Below, in pieces: positions 18,238 through 27,655 of a stretch of DNA of 64,000 nt. The DNA is from Candidatus Gottesmanbacteria bacterium (GTDB lineage: Bacteria > Patescibacteriota > Microgenomatia > 2-02-FULL-39-11). A program made the position numbers and the translations under genes. Each line of letters opens with the position of its first letter. Within the stretch, counting starts at the first letter, position 1. The DNA lies in the NCBI GenBank assembly GCA_016186795.1, contig JACPKY010000002.1:989892-1053891 (forward strand), read 5' to 3'. A model generated the notes under the pieces. That model was not told the DNA's origin. It saw only the letters and a program-made list of their open reading frames with translations, and made no database searches.

Positions 18238-19257
18238 ATGAGAAAACGAATTCTTGCAGGTATTACACCATCAGGAGATGGAACACTCCATATAGGAAAC
18301 TATTTAGGGGCAGTACGACAGTTTATAGAGCTTACCAAAAGCCATGATTGTTTCCTTATGGTTGCTGATCTTCATGCATTGACAACGATTCAAGAGAGAG
18401 AAACACTTAGCAATAACACTGAAACTCTGATTCTTAACGAGTTAGCACTTTTGGGTGATCTTTCCCATATTGTGTTTTTCCGCCAGTCTGACGTGCCGAT
18501 GCATACAGAACTAACATGGATACTGAACAATATAACTCCTATGGGCCTTCTGAAACGTGCACATGCATATAAGGATAAGCTGCAAAAAGATATGACCTTA
18601 GATGATATCAACCTCGGCCTTTTTAACTATCCGATTCTTATGGCATCTGATATTCTCCTTTACAAACCAGACCTTGTACCCGTAGGAAGGGATCAAAAGC
18701 AGCATGTTGAGATTACAAGAGATATTGCAGAGCGGTTTAATAAAACGTTCAAAGCGAAGGTTTTCCCACTTCCTGACCCATTCATTCCTGAGGAAGTTGC
18801 CGTCATTATGGGGACAGATGGAAAGCGAAAAATGAGCAAATCATTGGGAAATATCATCAGTATCTTTGAATCGGAAGAAACGATCCGAAAACAAGTAATG
18901 AGCACCTATACGGATCCAACAAGAATTCATAAAACAGACCCAGGTCATATAGAAGGAAATATGGTTTTTCGCTACCTTGATTTTTTTGGAGAAAAAGGGA
19001 AAGTTGACCAGTTAAAAAAGCTCTATATAGAAGGAAATATCTCTGATATTGAGGTAAAAAATTATCTATACGATTCTTTGATGAAAATTTTTGCCCCAGC
19101 ACGAAAACGCTACCAAGACTTACGATCCAATCCGCAAAAAGTCCGTGAAATTTTGGAAACAGGGGCCGTGAAAGCACGGGGAGTGGCAGGGGCTACTATG
19201 ATGGAAGTGAGGGATGCAGTTGGACTTACCAACTCGTACTCATTTTTTTCTTATTAG
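18238..19257 (+). CDS. trpS: Tryptophan--tRNA ligase
   Basis: Class I aaRS motifs HIGN (TLHIGNYLG) and KMSKS. About 339 aa. Confidence 0.85.
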   Translation: MRKRILAGITPSGDGTLHIGNYLGAVRQFIELTKSHDCFLMVADLHALTTIQERETLSNNTETLILNELALLGDLSHIVFFRQSDVPMHTELTWILNNITPMGLLKRAHAYKDKLQKDMTLDDINLGLFNYPILMASDILLYKPDLVPVGRDQKQHVEITRDIAERFNKTFKAKVFPLPDPFIPEEVAVIMGTDGKRKMSKSLGNIISIFESEETIRKQVMSTYTDPTRIHKTDPGHIEGNMVFRYLDFFGEKGKVDQLKKLYIEGNISDIEVKNYLYDSLMKIFAPARKRYQDLRSNPQKVREILETGAVKARGVAGATMMEVRDAVGLTNSYSFFSY

Positions 19258-21125
19258 TAGCGTACGATACCTAACTCATCACGGGAGTTACTTGAAAAAT
19301 TGTTTTCCCATTCTTGCCATCTGCCTGCCATATAATAATTATTAGCAATTGGATCAACTAGAGCATCTCGAGGAATTTTCAGCTTATTCAGCGATCCCGG
19401 ATAAAGCTGTTCATACACTCGACTTATTTTTATCAAATCTGCCTGAGAACGTGTTCTTATCCAAGGAATTACTTCATTTCGTACAGATAAACGATTCATC
19501 TTTACTCCATTTTGACTTGTATATTCATCAATTTGGCCGTCAATTAAACCAAGATCTATTTTTCTACGCCAATCTTGTGCTTCCTCTGCATCAGGAGTTG
19601 TTTGATTAATCGGATATTTTATTTCGTCAACATCGCATGGAATTTCGGCTAAACCTGCAACCATTGCTCCCGCAACTCGATGTGTTCCATCGTTTACAAG
19701 ATATATAGGACCATCCGGACCTACGATTACCGTCATTTTTATTCGTTCATTTTTTTTATTTGCATGGAAGATATGTTCAGTATTTCTTCCATTTTCTCCG
19801 CTGGAAATTATTTCTTTTGCAAATTGTACTACGCGGCCTTTTCTTGATTCTATTTCAGAACTCCAACCTCCAGATCTTATTTGTGCCATCCCGACAATTT
19901 TATCTGTTTTTACCCATGCAAATGTTGATTGTTCACTAACTCCAACAACGGTATCTCGAAGTGTTGCTGAGCTCAAAATAGGTCTTTGAGTTAAAGCCCG
20001 TCTTCTTTTATCTAAATCTTCATCACTCATAGATCTAATTTCTCCAGTAGTTTGTTGTTGAATAGTCTGGTGTATTTCCTGATCTGAGGCAACAATCTTT
20101 AGTCTACGATCTTGATCTGCTTGATCGACTGTTGCATTTTTTGGATTTTCATTCACTTGCGAGACACTACTAGTAGTCTCTACTACTTGCGGATGTTCCA
20201 ATCTTATAAATGCATCATTAATTTCTTTATACTGTCTACGATAAACAAGAGCTTTTTCTGGGTTCTCTCGTAGGAACGTATCCCATATTTCTTCACTTAC
20301 GACTCTTTTCATGTGATCAAGACCATGATATCTCCAAGGATCATCAATTACAGTATGAACTTGATTTCTTTGATTTCTATTTTCATCGAGTCTGCGATAT
20401 GTTTCATCATACACAGCAGCCATAATGTGTTTAATGGCCGGATCTTGAGGTGGATCAGGTATACCATGATCATTGATATACACTCCATACCGCAAGTATC
20501 GTGCGTAATCGTCGGGACAGGATTTTTGAAATTGATCTTGAGCTTGAGTTCTTGCTATCAGCGTTTGTCTTTTCAATTGACTTTTCCAGTAATATAGTCT
20601 ATCTGTACTTTGACGATCATATATATTTGCTGTTGGTCTCGGATTTACTGCTATCCAGCTGCCAAGAATTTGCTGTTGAAGATCGACAAATCTTAGATCT
20701 TCGTGAGCATTTAACCCTTGTAGTCCATACTTTTCCTTTAGCATTTCTCGGATTTTTCCAACTGCTTCTACTGATGGATGCTCTCCCATTTGTTGATACA
20801 ACGGAGTGATTTCTGATGCAACGCCTTCTCCTCCCATAGCAGAAGTAGCAACTGACTCAGATTGTAGTTGTTTTGTTGTAGTATCATTTAATGCATCTAA
20901 TTCAGCATGCAATTGATCGAGTAACGTATTTTCTTGAGCAAGATCAACCGATGGATGATCAACGGATAAAACTGAAAAAGATTGAACAAACCCTACTGCC
21001 ACTTTAGTTCTTTGTGTAATCAACTGAGTTGGATCAGTCCCTTGTTCAGCAGCAAATCCGGGCGGCCGCACTTCCTGTGGAACTGGCATCTGTTTCAGCT
21101 CTAAATGTATTTCACCACCTTGCAT
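19254..21125 (-). CDS. Large hypothetical protein with a C-terminal ParB/Srx-like nuclease domain
   Basis: 623 aa. YLVNDGTHRVAGAMVAG matches the DGxHR signature of the ParB/sulfiredoxin fold. The N-terminal ~430 aa are Q/D-rich with no recognizable motifs. Confidence 0.4.
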   Translation of the reverse strand: MQGGEIHLELKQMPVPQEVRPPGFAAEQGTDPTQLITQRTKVAVGFVQSFSVLSVDHPSVDLAQENTLLDQLHAELDALNDTTTKQLQSESVATSAMGGEGVASEITPLYQQMGEHPSVEAVGKIREMLKEKYGLQGLNAHEDLRFVDLQQQILGSWIAVNPRPTANIYDRQSTDRLYYWKSQLKRQTLIARTQAQDQFQKSCPDDYARYLRYGVYINDHGIPDPPQDPAIKHIMAAVYDETYRRLDENRNQRNQVHTVIDDPWRYHGLDHMKRVVSEEIWDTFLRENPEKALVYRRQYKEINDAFIRLEHPQVVETTSSVSQVNENPKNATVDQADQDRRLKIVASDQEIHQTIQQQTTGEIRSMSDEDLDKRRRALTQRPILSSATLRDTVVGVSEQSTFAWVKTDKIVGMAQIRSGGWSSEIESRKGRVVQFAKEIISSGENGRNTEHIFHANKKNERIKMTVIVGPDGPIYLVNDGTHRVAGAMVAGLAEIPCDVDEIKYPINQTTPDAEEAQDWRRKIDLGLIDGQIDEYTSQNGVKMNRLSVRNEVIPWIRTRSQADLIKISRVYEQLYPGSLNKLKIPRDALVDPIANNYYMAGRWQEWENNFSSNSRDELGIVRY

Positions 21126-21126
21126 A

Positions 21127-21309
21127 TTATTTTGTCTTTACTTTCTTAACCCATTCTTGGTAGGCTGCTTGATCGATTTTTTTGTGAGTTTGCACAAGAA
21201 CTTGAAACATTTTACGAATAATCAAATCTGATTTTTCATTATATTCTTGAATAATTTTTTGCACATTTTGATCGTTTATTTTAATAGAATTGGTATTTGG
21301 AAAACTCAT
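21127..21309 (-). CDS. Small hypothetical protein (60 aa), translationally coupled upstream of the ParB-like protein
   Basis: ORF ends 1 bp before the downstream start. Lys-rich. No motif. Confidence 0.25.
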   Translation of the reverse strand: MSFPNTNSIKINDQNVQKIIQEYNEKSDLIIRKMFQVLVQTHKKIDQAAYQEWVKKVKTK

Positions 21310-21414
21310 ATAATTTCATTACACTTGTTTTAGTAACAGAAATCAAATAAAAGAGAACAAGCAAGCGGTTGTTACGTTGTTTTCCTTCACTACGTGAGGT
21401 ATAATTGTGCCTCT

Positions 21415-21753
21415 ATGGTGAAGGATGAAGTAACAGTTGCTGATTTCCAAAAAATTGATTTTCGTGTGGGCAAAGTTACCACCGCTGAAAAACTTGCGGG
21501 ATCTGATAATTTACTCCGACTAAATGTTGACTTTGGGACTGAGGTGGGGCAAAGGCAAATACTGACAGGAATCGCAAAGTGGTATACTCCAACGAAACTT
21601 TCCGGGAAAAAATTTGTTTTTGTTGTGAATATGTCTCCTAAGAAAATGATGGGTGAGGAAAGCCAGGGAATGATTCTTTGTGCAGATAGCGGGGATAAAG
21701 CAATACTTATTCCAGTGAATTCAAAAATACCTGAAGGGACAATTGTTCGATAA
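21415..21753 (+). CDS. tRNA-binding protein (CsaA/Trbp111/EMAP-like OB fold)
   Basis: DFRVGKV...GDKAILIPVN pattern typical of the myf-type tRNA-binding domain. Confidence 0.65.
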   Translation: MVKDEVTVADFQKIDFRVGKVTTAEKLAGSDNLLRLNVDFGTEVGQRQILTGIAKWYTPTKLSGKKFVFVVNMSPKKMMGEESQGMILCADSGDKAILIPVNSKIPEGTIVR

Positions 21754-21769
21754 TTGAATAAGCAGATTT

Positions 21770-23674
21770 ATGGTAGCTACCAAACAAAATCAAAACCATA
21801 CACAGAAAAACAGCAAAAAGTTAAACAAAATTTTCGAGTTTAAAATAAATTTTACCCCTCGGAATATTTTCCTCTGGCTTATAGCAGGGTCAATTCTTCT
21901 TCTCATGTTTGTTTCAGCCCGTGATGTGACGAGACTTTTTCCTGAAAAATCTCTTTCCAACCTCGTTTCTGATATTAAAAACGGAGAGGTAAAGAAGGTG
22001 GAAGTCGTTGATACCAAACTTCTTGCAACATACCAGGATGGGAAAATTTACTCTATTCACAAAGAGGCGCAGGAGTCTTTCTACAAAATTCTTACCGATT
22101 CGGGGATTAATCCGGCAACTGTCGAAATTGAAGTCAAAGATACATCCGGTGGTGCATTGTGGCTGAGTATTCTCTCAAATGTTTTGCCGCTTATCCTTAT
22201 GGTTGGATTTTTCCTTTTCCTCATTCGTCAAGCCCGAGGCGCCCAAGATTCACTTTTTTCTTTCGGTCAATCTCGGGCAAAACTTTTCTCCAAAGACACT
22301 CCCAAAGTGACATTTGCTGATGTTGCTGGTGTTGATGAGGCAAAGCAAGAGTTATCTGAAGTTGTCGATTTTTTGAAAAATCCCCAGAAATATCGGGCAC
22401 TGGGTGCGCGTACTCCCAAAGGGGTACTTCTGGTTGGTCCAAGTGGAACGGGTAAAACACTTCTGGCACGAGCTTTGGCTGGAGAGGCTGGAGCACCCTT
22501 TTTCTCCATGGCGGGATCTGAGTTTATGGAGATGCTCGTTGGAGTTGGAGCTTCTCGTGTGCGCGATCTATTTAATACCGCCAAGAAAAACTCACCCTCC
22601 ATTATATTCATTGACGAAATTGATGCCATCGGGAGAGTTCGTTCCGTTGGAGTTATGGGAGGCCATGACGAAAGGGAACAAACGCTCAATCAAATTTTAG
22701 TTGAAATGGATGGATTTACTCAAAATGAAAATGTAGTGGTAGTGGCAGCAACAAATAGAGGTGATCTTCTGGATCCTGCGCTTCTGCGCCCTGGGAGATT
22801 TGACAGGAGAGTTGTTTTGGAAAGCCCGGATCTGGAGGGAAGACTCGCTATACTTAAAATTCATATGAAAGGAAAGCCTATTGCACCCGGTGTGAATTGG
22901 GAGCGAGTTGCCAAAAGAACAGTTGGGTTTACTGGTGCTGATTTGGAGAATATGCTCAATGAAGCAGCCATTCTGGCTGCTCGAAAAAATAAAAAAGCCA
23001 TTGAAATGGATGATATTGAAGAAGCTGCAACCAAGGTGAAACTTGGTCCTGAGAAGCGCAGGCTCCAAAGTGACTTGGATCGGAAAATGACAGCATATCA
23101 CGAGGCGGGGCATGCAATTGTTACGTATATCTTACCAAATATGGATGTTGTTCATAGAATATCAATCGTTTCTCGAGGTATGGCACTTGGATATACACTC
23201 ATTCCTCCAGAACGCGATCGCATCCATGAAACAAAAACGCATCTTCTTGAGCAGGTTGCTGCGATGCTTGGGGGTAGGGCCGCAGAGAATCTTATTTTCA
23301 ATGAGATGACAACAGGTGCCTCTAACGATATTGATCAGGCAACATCTGTTGCCAGAAATATGGTGATTGAATACGGCATGTCAAATCTAGGACCAATCAA
23401 CTTCGGACCAAATCTTGATGTCACAGAGTGGGGCGGGCGCTACTTCCAGGAAACACATATCTCTCAGGATATGCAAAATAGAATAGATGAAGAAGTGAAG
23501 AAAATCCTCGACACAGGATATAAAACAGCTCTCTCTATCTTGAAAAAATATAAAGCAAAGTTAGACCTTATCGCATCGGAGCTTATTAAGAAAGAAACGT
23601 TGGAAGGTGATGAGTTTGAAAAACTCATGGGTGGTCCCAGGCGTGCTCTTGCCGTTGCAGTAAAACGTACGTAA
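21770..23674 (+). CDS. ftsH: ATP-dependent zinc metalloprotease FtsH
   Basis: N-terminal TM. AAA module [24 protein letters not shown] zinc-binding motif. Confidence 0.9.
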   Translation: MVATKQNQNHTQKNSKKLNKIFEFKINFTPRNIFLWLIAGSILLLMFVSARDVTRLFPEKSLSNLVSDIKNGEVKKVEVVDTKLLATYQDGKIYSIHKEAQESFYKILTDSGINPATVEIEVKDTSGGALWLSILSNVLPLILMVGFFLFLIRQARGAQDSLFSFGQSRAKLFSKDTPKVTFADVAGVDEAKQELSEVVDFLKNPQKYRALGARTPKGVLLVGPSGTGKTLLARALAGEAGAPFFSMAGSEFMEMLVGVGASRVRDLFNTAKKNSPSIIFIDEIDAIGRVRSVGVMGGHDEREQTLNQILVEMDGFTQNENVVVVAATNRGDLLDPALLRPGRFDRRVVLESPDLEGRLAILKIHMKGKPIAPGVNWERVAKRTVGFTGADLENMLNEAAILAARKNKKAIEMDDIEEAATKVKLGPEKRRLQSDLDRKMTAYHEAGHAIVTYILPNMDVVHRISIVSRGMALGYTLIPPERDRIHETKTHLLEQVAAMLGGRAAENLIFNEMTTGASNDIDQATSVARNMVIEYGMSNLGPINFGPNLDVTEWGGRYFQETHISQDMQNRIDEEVKKILDTGYKTALSILKKYKAKLDLIASELIKKETLEGDEFEKLMGGPRRALAVAVKRT

Positions 23675-23726
23675 ATCTCACTACTTTTCCTCCTCAGAAA
23701 GTTTCCGTGCTACAATAAAAACCATT

Positions 23727-24674
23727 ATGCAGAGACTTCTTCTCATTGACGGCCATGCCATTTTGCACCGTGCGTTTCATGCGTTACCACCCCTTACCAC
23801 CTCAAAAGGGCAGCAGGTGAACGCGGTCTACGGGTTTATAACGATGCTTTTGAGGGTTTTAGAAGAGTATAAACCTACTCATGTTGCGGTTGCCTTTGAC
23901 CGTCCGAAACCAACATTCCGAAAGAAGCTTTTCGATGGATATCAGGCGAAAAGACCTAAGATGGATAAGGAACTGATTCCTCAAATTGCGGTAGTCCATA
24001 CGGTTTTGGAGACGATGAAGATCCCTGTATTTGAACTCGACGGGTATGAGGCAGATGATGTTTTGGGAACACTTGCCATGCAGGCAAAAAGGAAAAAGAT
24101 GGAAGCAATTATTGTGACGGGAGATAGGGATTTACTGCAACTTGTGAACAGTCACGTGAAAGTCGCGTTGCCGGTAAAAGGCATTTCCGAATCGAAACTC
24201 TATGATGAAGAGGAGGTCGTAAAAAAGTGGGAAATCCACCCTTTCCAGGTAGCAGATTTTAAAGCATTGACAGGGGATCAATCAGACAATTACCCAGGTG
24301 TTGCCGGTATTGGTCCGAAGACCGCTTCATCCCTTTTGACACAATTTAAAACTCTTGAGGGAATGTACAAACATCTTGAGAAGATAGGGAATGCTTCGCT
24401 TCGGGAAAAATTGGAGACACACAAAGAGTCTGCGGAACTTTCAAAAAAGCTCGCAACTATTGTCACCGATGTGCCAGTTCATTTCAACACTTCAGAGAGT
24501 AAGCTACATAATCTCAATACACTTGATACGCAACTCCTTCTCGACCACTTAGAGTTTCGAAGTTTAATACCGAGATTGTCATTGAAAAAGGAACCAGTAA
24601 ACAGTAAACAGAAAACAGTGAACAGCGAAAAGATAAAATCGGAAATAAAAGATCAACAGATAAAATTATTTTAA
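23727..24674 (+). CDS. 5'-3' exonuclease (Pol I N-terminal/FEN-like domain protein)
   Basis: LLIDGHAILHRAFHALP start and H3TH region. C-terminus carries a K/N/Q/S-rich tail encoded by NAAACAG repeats. Confidence 0.8.
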   Translation: MQRLLLIDGHAILHRAFHALPPLTTSKGQQVNAVYGFITMLLRVLEEYKPTHVAVAFDRPKPTFRKKLFDGYQAKRPKMDKELIPQIAVVHTVLETMKIPVFELDGYEADDVLGTLAMQAKRKKMEAIIVTGDRDLLQLVNSHVKVALPVKGISESKLYDEEEVVKKWEIHPFQVADFKALTGDQSDNYPGVAGIGPKTASSLLTQFKTLEGMYKHLEKIGNASLREKLETHKESAELSKKLATIVTDVPVHFNTSESKLHNLNTLDTQLLLDHLEFRSLIPRLSLKKEPVNSKQKTVNSEKIKSEIKDQQIKLF

Positions 24675-24677
24675 TTT

Positions 24678-25826
24678 ATGCGTGTAGCACTCGTTCACGA
24701 CTATATAAAAGAATACGGAGGAGCCGAAAGAGTATTGGAATCCCTCCATGAGATTTGGCCAGAAGCTCCGATCTATACAACTGTCTATTTACCAGAATTT
24801 TTAGGTCCACATAGGAAACGGTTTGTACGTTGGAAGATAATTCCCTCTCGTCTGAACGGAGTACCTTTTGCTGAAAAACTTATAAGTCCCATTCGAATTC
24901 TTACTCCGTGGATTTTTGAGAATTGGGATTTTACTTCCTATGATGTTGTTATCGTTTCTGCAACTGGTGCCTATTTTCCCAATCTGATTGTACGAAAACC
25001 CCACACACTTCACATCTGTTACTGCCATACACCTCCTCGGTACCTCTATGGATATCCAACCGCGAGAAACTGGCAAAAGAGCGTTTTTGGGAAAATTGTT
25101 GGTTCGATTATCAATCATTCTCTTCGACAGATTGATTTTCTAGCATCACAGCGGCCTGATTTTTTTATTGCCAATTCCAATGAAGTGAGAAAAAGAATTG
25201 AGAAGTTCTATAGAAGAGAAGCGGAAGTGATATACCCGCCAGTTGAAATATCAAAAATCAAATATCAAAAATCAATCCGCCAGCTGGCGGACAAAAATAA
25301 AAAAGAAGATTATTATTTAACTGGAGGAAGGTTAGCCAGGGCAAAACGGATTGAGCTTGCTATCGAAGCATGCAATAGACTGAAATTACCCCTTAAAGTC
25401 GTTGGGAAGTCATTTGCGGATTATGGGGAAGAGTTGAGAAAGATTGCAGGACCAACTGTTGAGTTTTTAGGAGAAGTTCCAGACAGTGAATTAGGAGAAC
25501 TTTTTAGTCAGTGTCAGGCATTTATTTATCCAGCAGAACTAGAAGATTTTGGGATTATGCCGGTTGAGGCAATGTCGTATGGAGCACCAGTTATTGCATC
25601 AAGGGATGGGGGAGTGGCAGAAAGTGTCGTTGACGGCAAAACAGGAATACTTTTTGATGAGTATTCTATAGAAGATCTTATTGCTGCAATAAAAAAAATA
25701 CAAAAGCTCAATATTAAACAAGAAGATTGCATAAAGCAAGCAAAGAAATTTAGTAAAGCAAGATTTAAGAAGGAAATACGGAATTTCGTTGAGACGAAAT
25801 TCAAGAAGCATGCCAGAACTTCCTGA
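24678..25826 (+). CDS. Glycosyltransferase family 4 (GT-B); carries an in-frame palindromic-repeat insertion
   Basis: EDFGIMPVEAMSYGAPVIASRDGG motif. The insert ISKIKYQKSIRQLADKNKK interrupts the conserved VIYPPVE...YYLTGGRL region. Confidence 0.7.
   Translation: MRVALVHDYIKEYGGAERVLESLHEIWPEAPIYTTVYLPEFLGPHRKRFVRWKIIPSRLNGVPFAEKLISPIRILTPWIFENWDFTSYDVVIVSATGAYFPNLIVRKPHTLHICYCHTPPRYLYGYPTARNWQKSVFGKIVGSIINHSLRQIDFLASQRPDFFIANSNEVRKRIEKFYRREAEVIYPPVEISKIKYQKSIRQLADKNKKEDYYLTGGRLARAKRIELAIEACNRLKLPLKVVGKSFADYGEELRKIAGPTVEFLGEVPDSELGELFSQCQAFIYPAELEDFGIMPVEAMSYGAPVIASRDGGVAESVVDGKTGILFDEYSIEDLIAAIKKIQKLNIKQEDCIKQAKKFSKARFKKEIRNFVETKFKKHARTS
25248..25297. repeat. Palindrome-centred repeat element, copy 1, in-frame inside the GT4 gene
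   Basis: Tandem ATATCAAAAATCAA x2, then the perfect 16-bp palindrome TCCGCCAGCTGGCGGA (25276-25291), then CAAAAA. The 34-mer at 25264-25297 is identical to copies at 29751-29784 and 44367-44400. Confidence 0.75.
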
Positions 25827-26661
25827 GGTAGAAACAATAAGACTCCAGTTACAAAAGGTATTGGTTGGAGAAAAGATCGCCGCGACTTATATTCTTTCCG
25901 ATAGGTCCTTTCAAGGGGATGCAAAGCATTTAGAGGGTACCACAATTAAGGGTGTCAGACGCTTTGGGAAAATGATAGCTATAGATTTTGAGAATGGGTA
26001 TGCTTTGGTGGTTCACTTAAAAATGACTGGGCAGCTACTATTTCAGATAACAGATAATAGTAAACAGAAAACAGATTTACCAAATAAACATACAAGAGTG
26101 ATTATTCAATTTCATTCTGGTGGTAAGTTATTTTTCAATGACCAGAGGAAATTTGGGTGGATGAGGATAGTATCAATAAACAAGGAACAAGGAACAAAAA
26201 ACGGATTAAATACGCTAGACAATCTGTTAGAAAATCTAGGGCCAGATCCGTTGCATGAGTTAAACGCTGAAAAGTTATATAAGATCCTTCAGACATCAAA
26301 AAGGCCGGTCAAATTAGTCCTTATGGATCAACGGAAGATTTCCGGAGTGGGAAATATTTATGCAAATGATGCTCTATACCTTTCCGGAATTCATCCGCGG
26401 ACTTTCGGTAACCAACTATCTCATAAACAAGGGAAAAACTTATACCGTAATTTAGTGAAAGTACTCAAAAGTGGCATCAAATGGAAAGGGGCATCAAGGC
26501 AGCATTTTCGCGACATTTATGGACAGAAAGGTCAAGTACAGGATCATTTTCTTGTTTACGAAAGAACTGGTCAGGTATGTCCTCAAGGCCACAAACATAT
26601 TCAAAAATTCCAACTCGGGGGTCGGGGTACGTATTTTTGTCCTCAATGTCAAATTCGATAG
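25810..26661 (+). CDS. mutM: Formamidopyrimidine-DNA glycosylase
   Basis: N-terminal MPELPEVE (catalytic Pro2 and Glu3). C-terminal C4 zinc finger CPQGHKH...CPQC. Confidence 0.85.
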   Translation: MPELPEVETIRLQLQKVLVGEKIAATYILSDRSFQGDAKHLEGTTIKGVRRFGKMIAIDFENGYALVVHLKMTGQLLFQITDNSKQKTDLPNKHTRVIIQFHSGGKLFFNDQRKFGWMRIVSINKEQGTKNGLNTLDNLLENLGPDPLHELNAEKLYKILQTSKRPVKLVLMDQRKISGVGNIYANDALYLSGIHPRTFGNQLSHKQGKNLYRNLVKVLKSGIKWKGASRQHFRDIYGQKGQVQDHFLVYERTGQVCPQGHKHIQKFQLGGRGTYFCPQCQIR

Positions 26662-26676
26662 TACGGGGTAGATATT

Positions 26677-26976
26677 TTATTTAATATCTTCTAGTTTCTT
26701 TTGAAGGGCTTTAATTCGTACGATCCGTTGGTCGAGGTCATTTGCTTTCACCTTTTGAGTGGCTTTGGAGAATTGATTATATATCTCTGCTTCTTGGGTG
26801 AGAAGCGAAACTTGTTGCATGAGCCAATCCGCTTGCAGATCGAGAATTTCCGAAATAGCTAAACAGAGTGGATTATCAATCTTCTGAGCACTATCAATAA
26901 GTTCATTCACAAGCGCTTCCAACTCTTTATCAAGATGAAGATTTTGAAGATGTGATTTTAGTTGAGGTTTCGTCAT
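26677..26976 (-). CDS. Hypothetical coiled-coil protein
   Basis: 99-aa ORF only. Confidence 0.25.
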   Translation of the reverse strand: MTKPQLKSHLQNLHLDKELEALVNELIDSAQKIDNPLCLAISEILDLQADWLMQQVSLLTQEAEIYNQFSKATQKVKANDLDQRIVRIKALQKKLEDIK

Positions 26977-26997
26977 AGGTCAATATTACACCTTCTC

Positions 26998-27621
26998 CTA
27001 AGGTACAGCACGCAACATAGGTTGTAGACCCCGTATTGAAAGAACATTCTCTAAACATGTGACTGCTATATCCAGCGCTCCAGAGTGGATAAATTTTGAC
27101 GCAACCTCTTGAGCTGGAATTGATTTTCTATACAGTTGTGCCTGCCATTCTAATGATCGATTGTTAATTTCTTTTTTCATTGAATTTGCTCCTGATTGAA
27201 AGTATTTTACGAAGCGGTTTCCCCATTCATGCGATACACGAAATGTCCCTTGGCATCGGTCTCCAAGTTCTTTTGCTCGTTCAATAATTGGTGTTGAGAC
27301 AGATGTCACTTTTTCTCGCAAAATTGCGACTGATCCTGCCGTTTGTCTGATTTCCTCTATGGGGGTCTGGATCTGTTGCTTTTGCTCCTTAGGTTCGGTA
27401 TGGATTTTTTCTCTTTCCAACTGTGCGCGAATGAGTGCCAGCTCATTTGCTTCTTCTTTTGCTAAAGCGACGGGATCGATCTGAGATAACGTGGAAGGAA
27501 TAGTAGGATTTTCAGTTGTAGGTGGTTTGTTAGGAAGAGGTGGTTTCAGTTCTGGCGCTGCTTCTATCATTGTGCATTTCTCATTGCACCAGATAGAGAA
27601 GCACATTGTCAAGGGAATCAC
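26998..27621 (-). CDS. Hypothetical protein
   Basis: 207-aa ORF with a P/T-rich N-terminus. No motif. Confidence 0.25.
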   Translation of the reverse strand: MIPLTMCFSIWCNEKCTMIEAAPELKPPLPNKPPTTENPTIPSTLSQIDPVALAKEEANELALIRAQLEREKIHTEPKEQKQQIQTPIEEIRQTAGSVAILREKVTSVSTPIIERAKELGDRCQGTFRVSHEWGNRFVKYFQSGANSMKKEINNRSLEWQAQLYRKSIPAQEVASKFIHSGALDIAVTCLENVLSIRGLQPMLRAVP

Positions 27622-27655
27622 ATGAAACGAATTGTTTTGTTATAATACTACTTGA

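Noticed and set aside
18234-18238. A separate T-box or promoter dedicated to trpS
   Set aside because: Only 4 bp separate trpA and trpS. There is no room for a leader, so trpS is treated as the last cistron of the operon.
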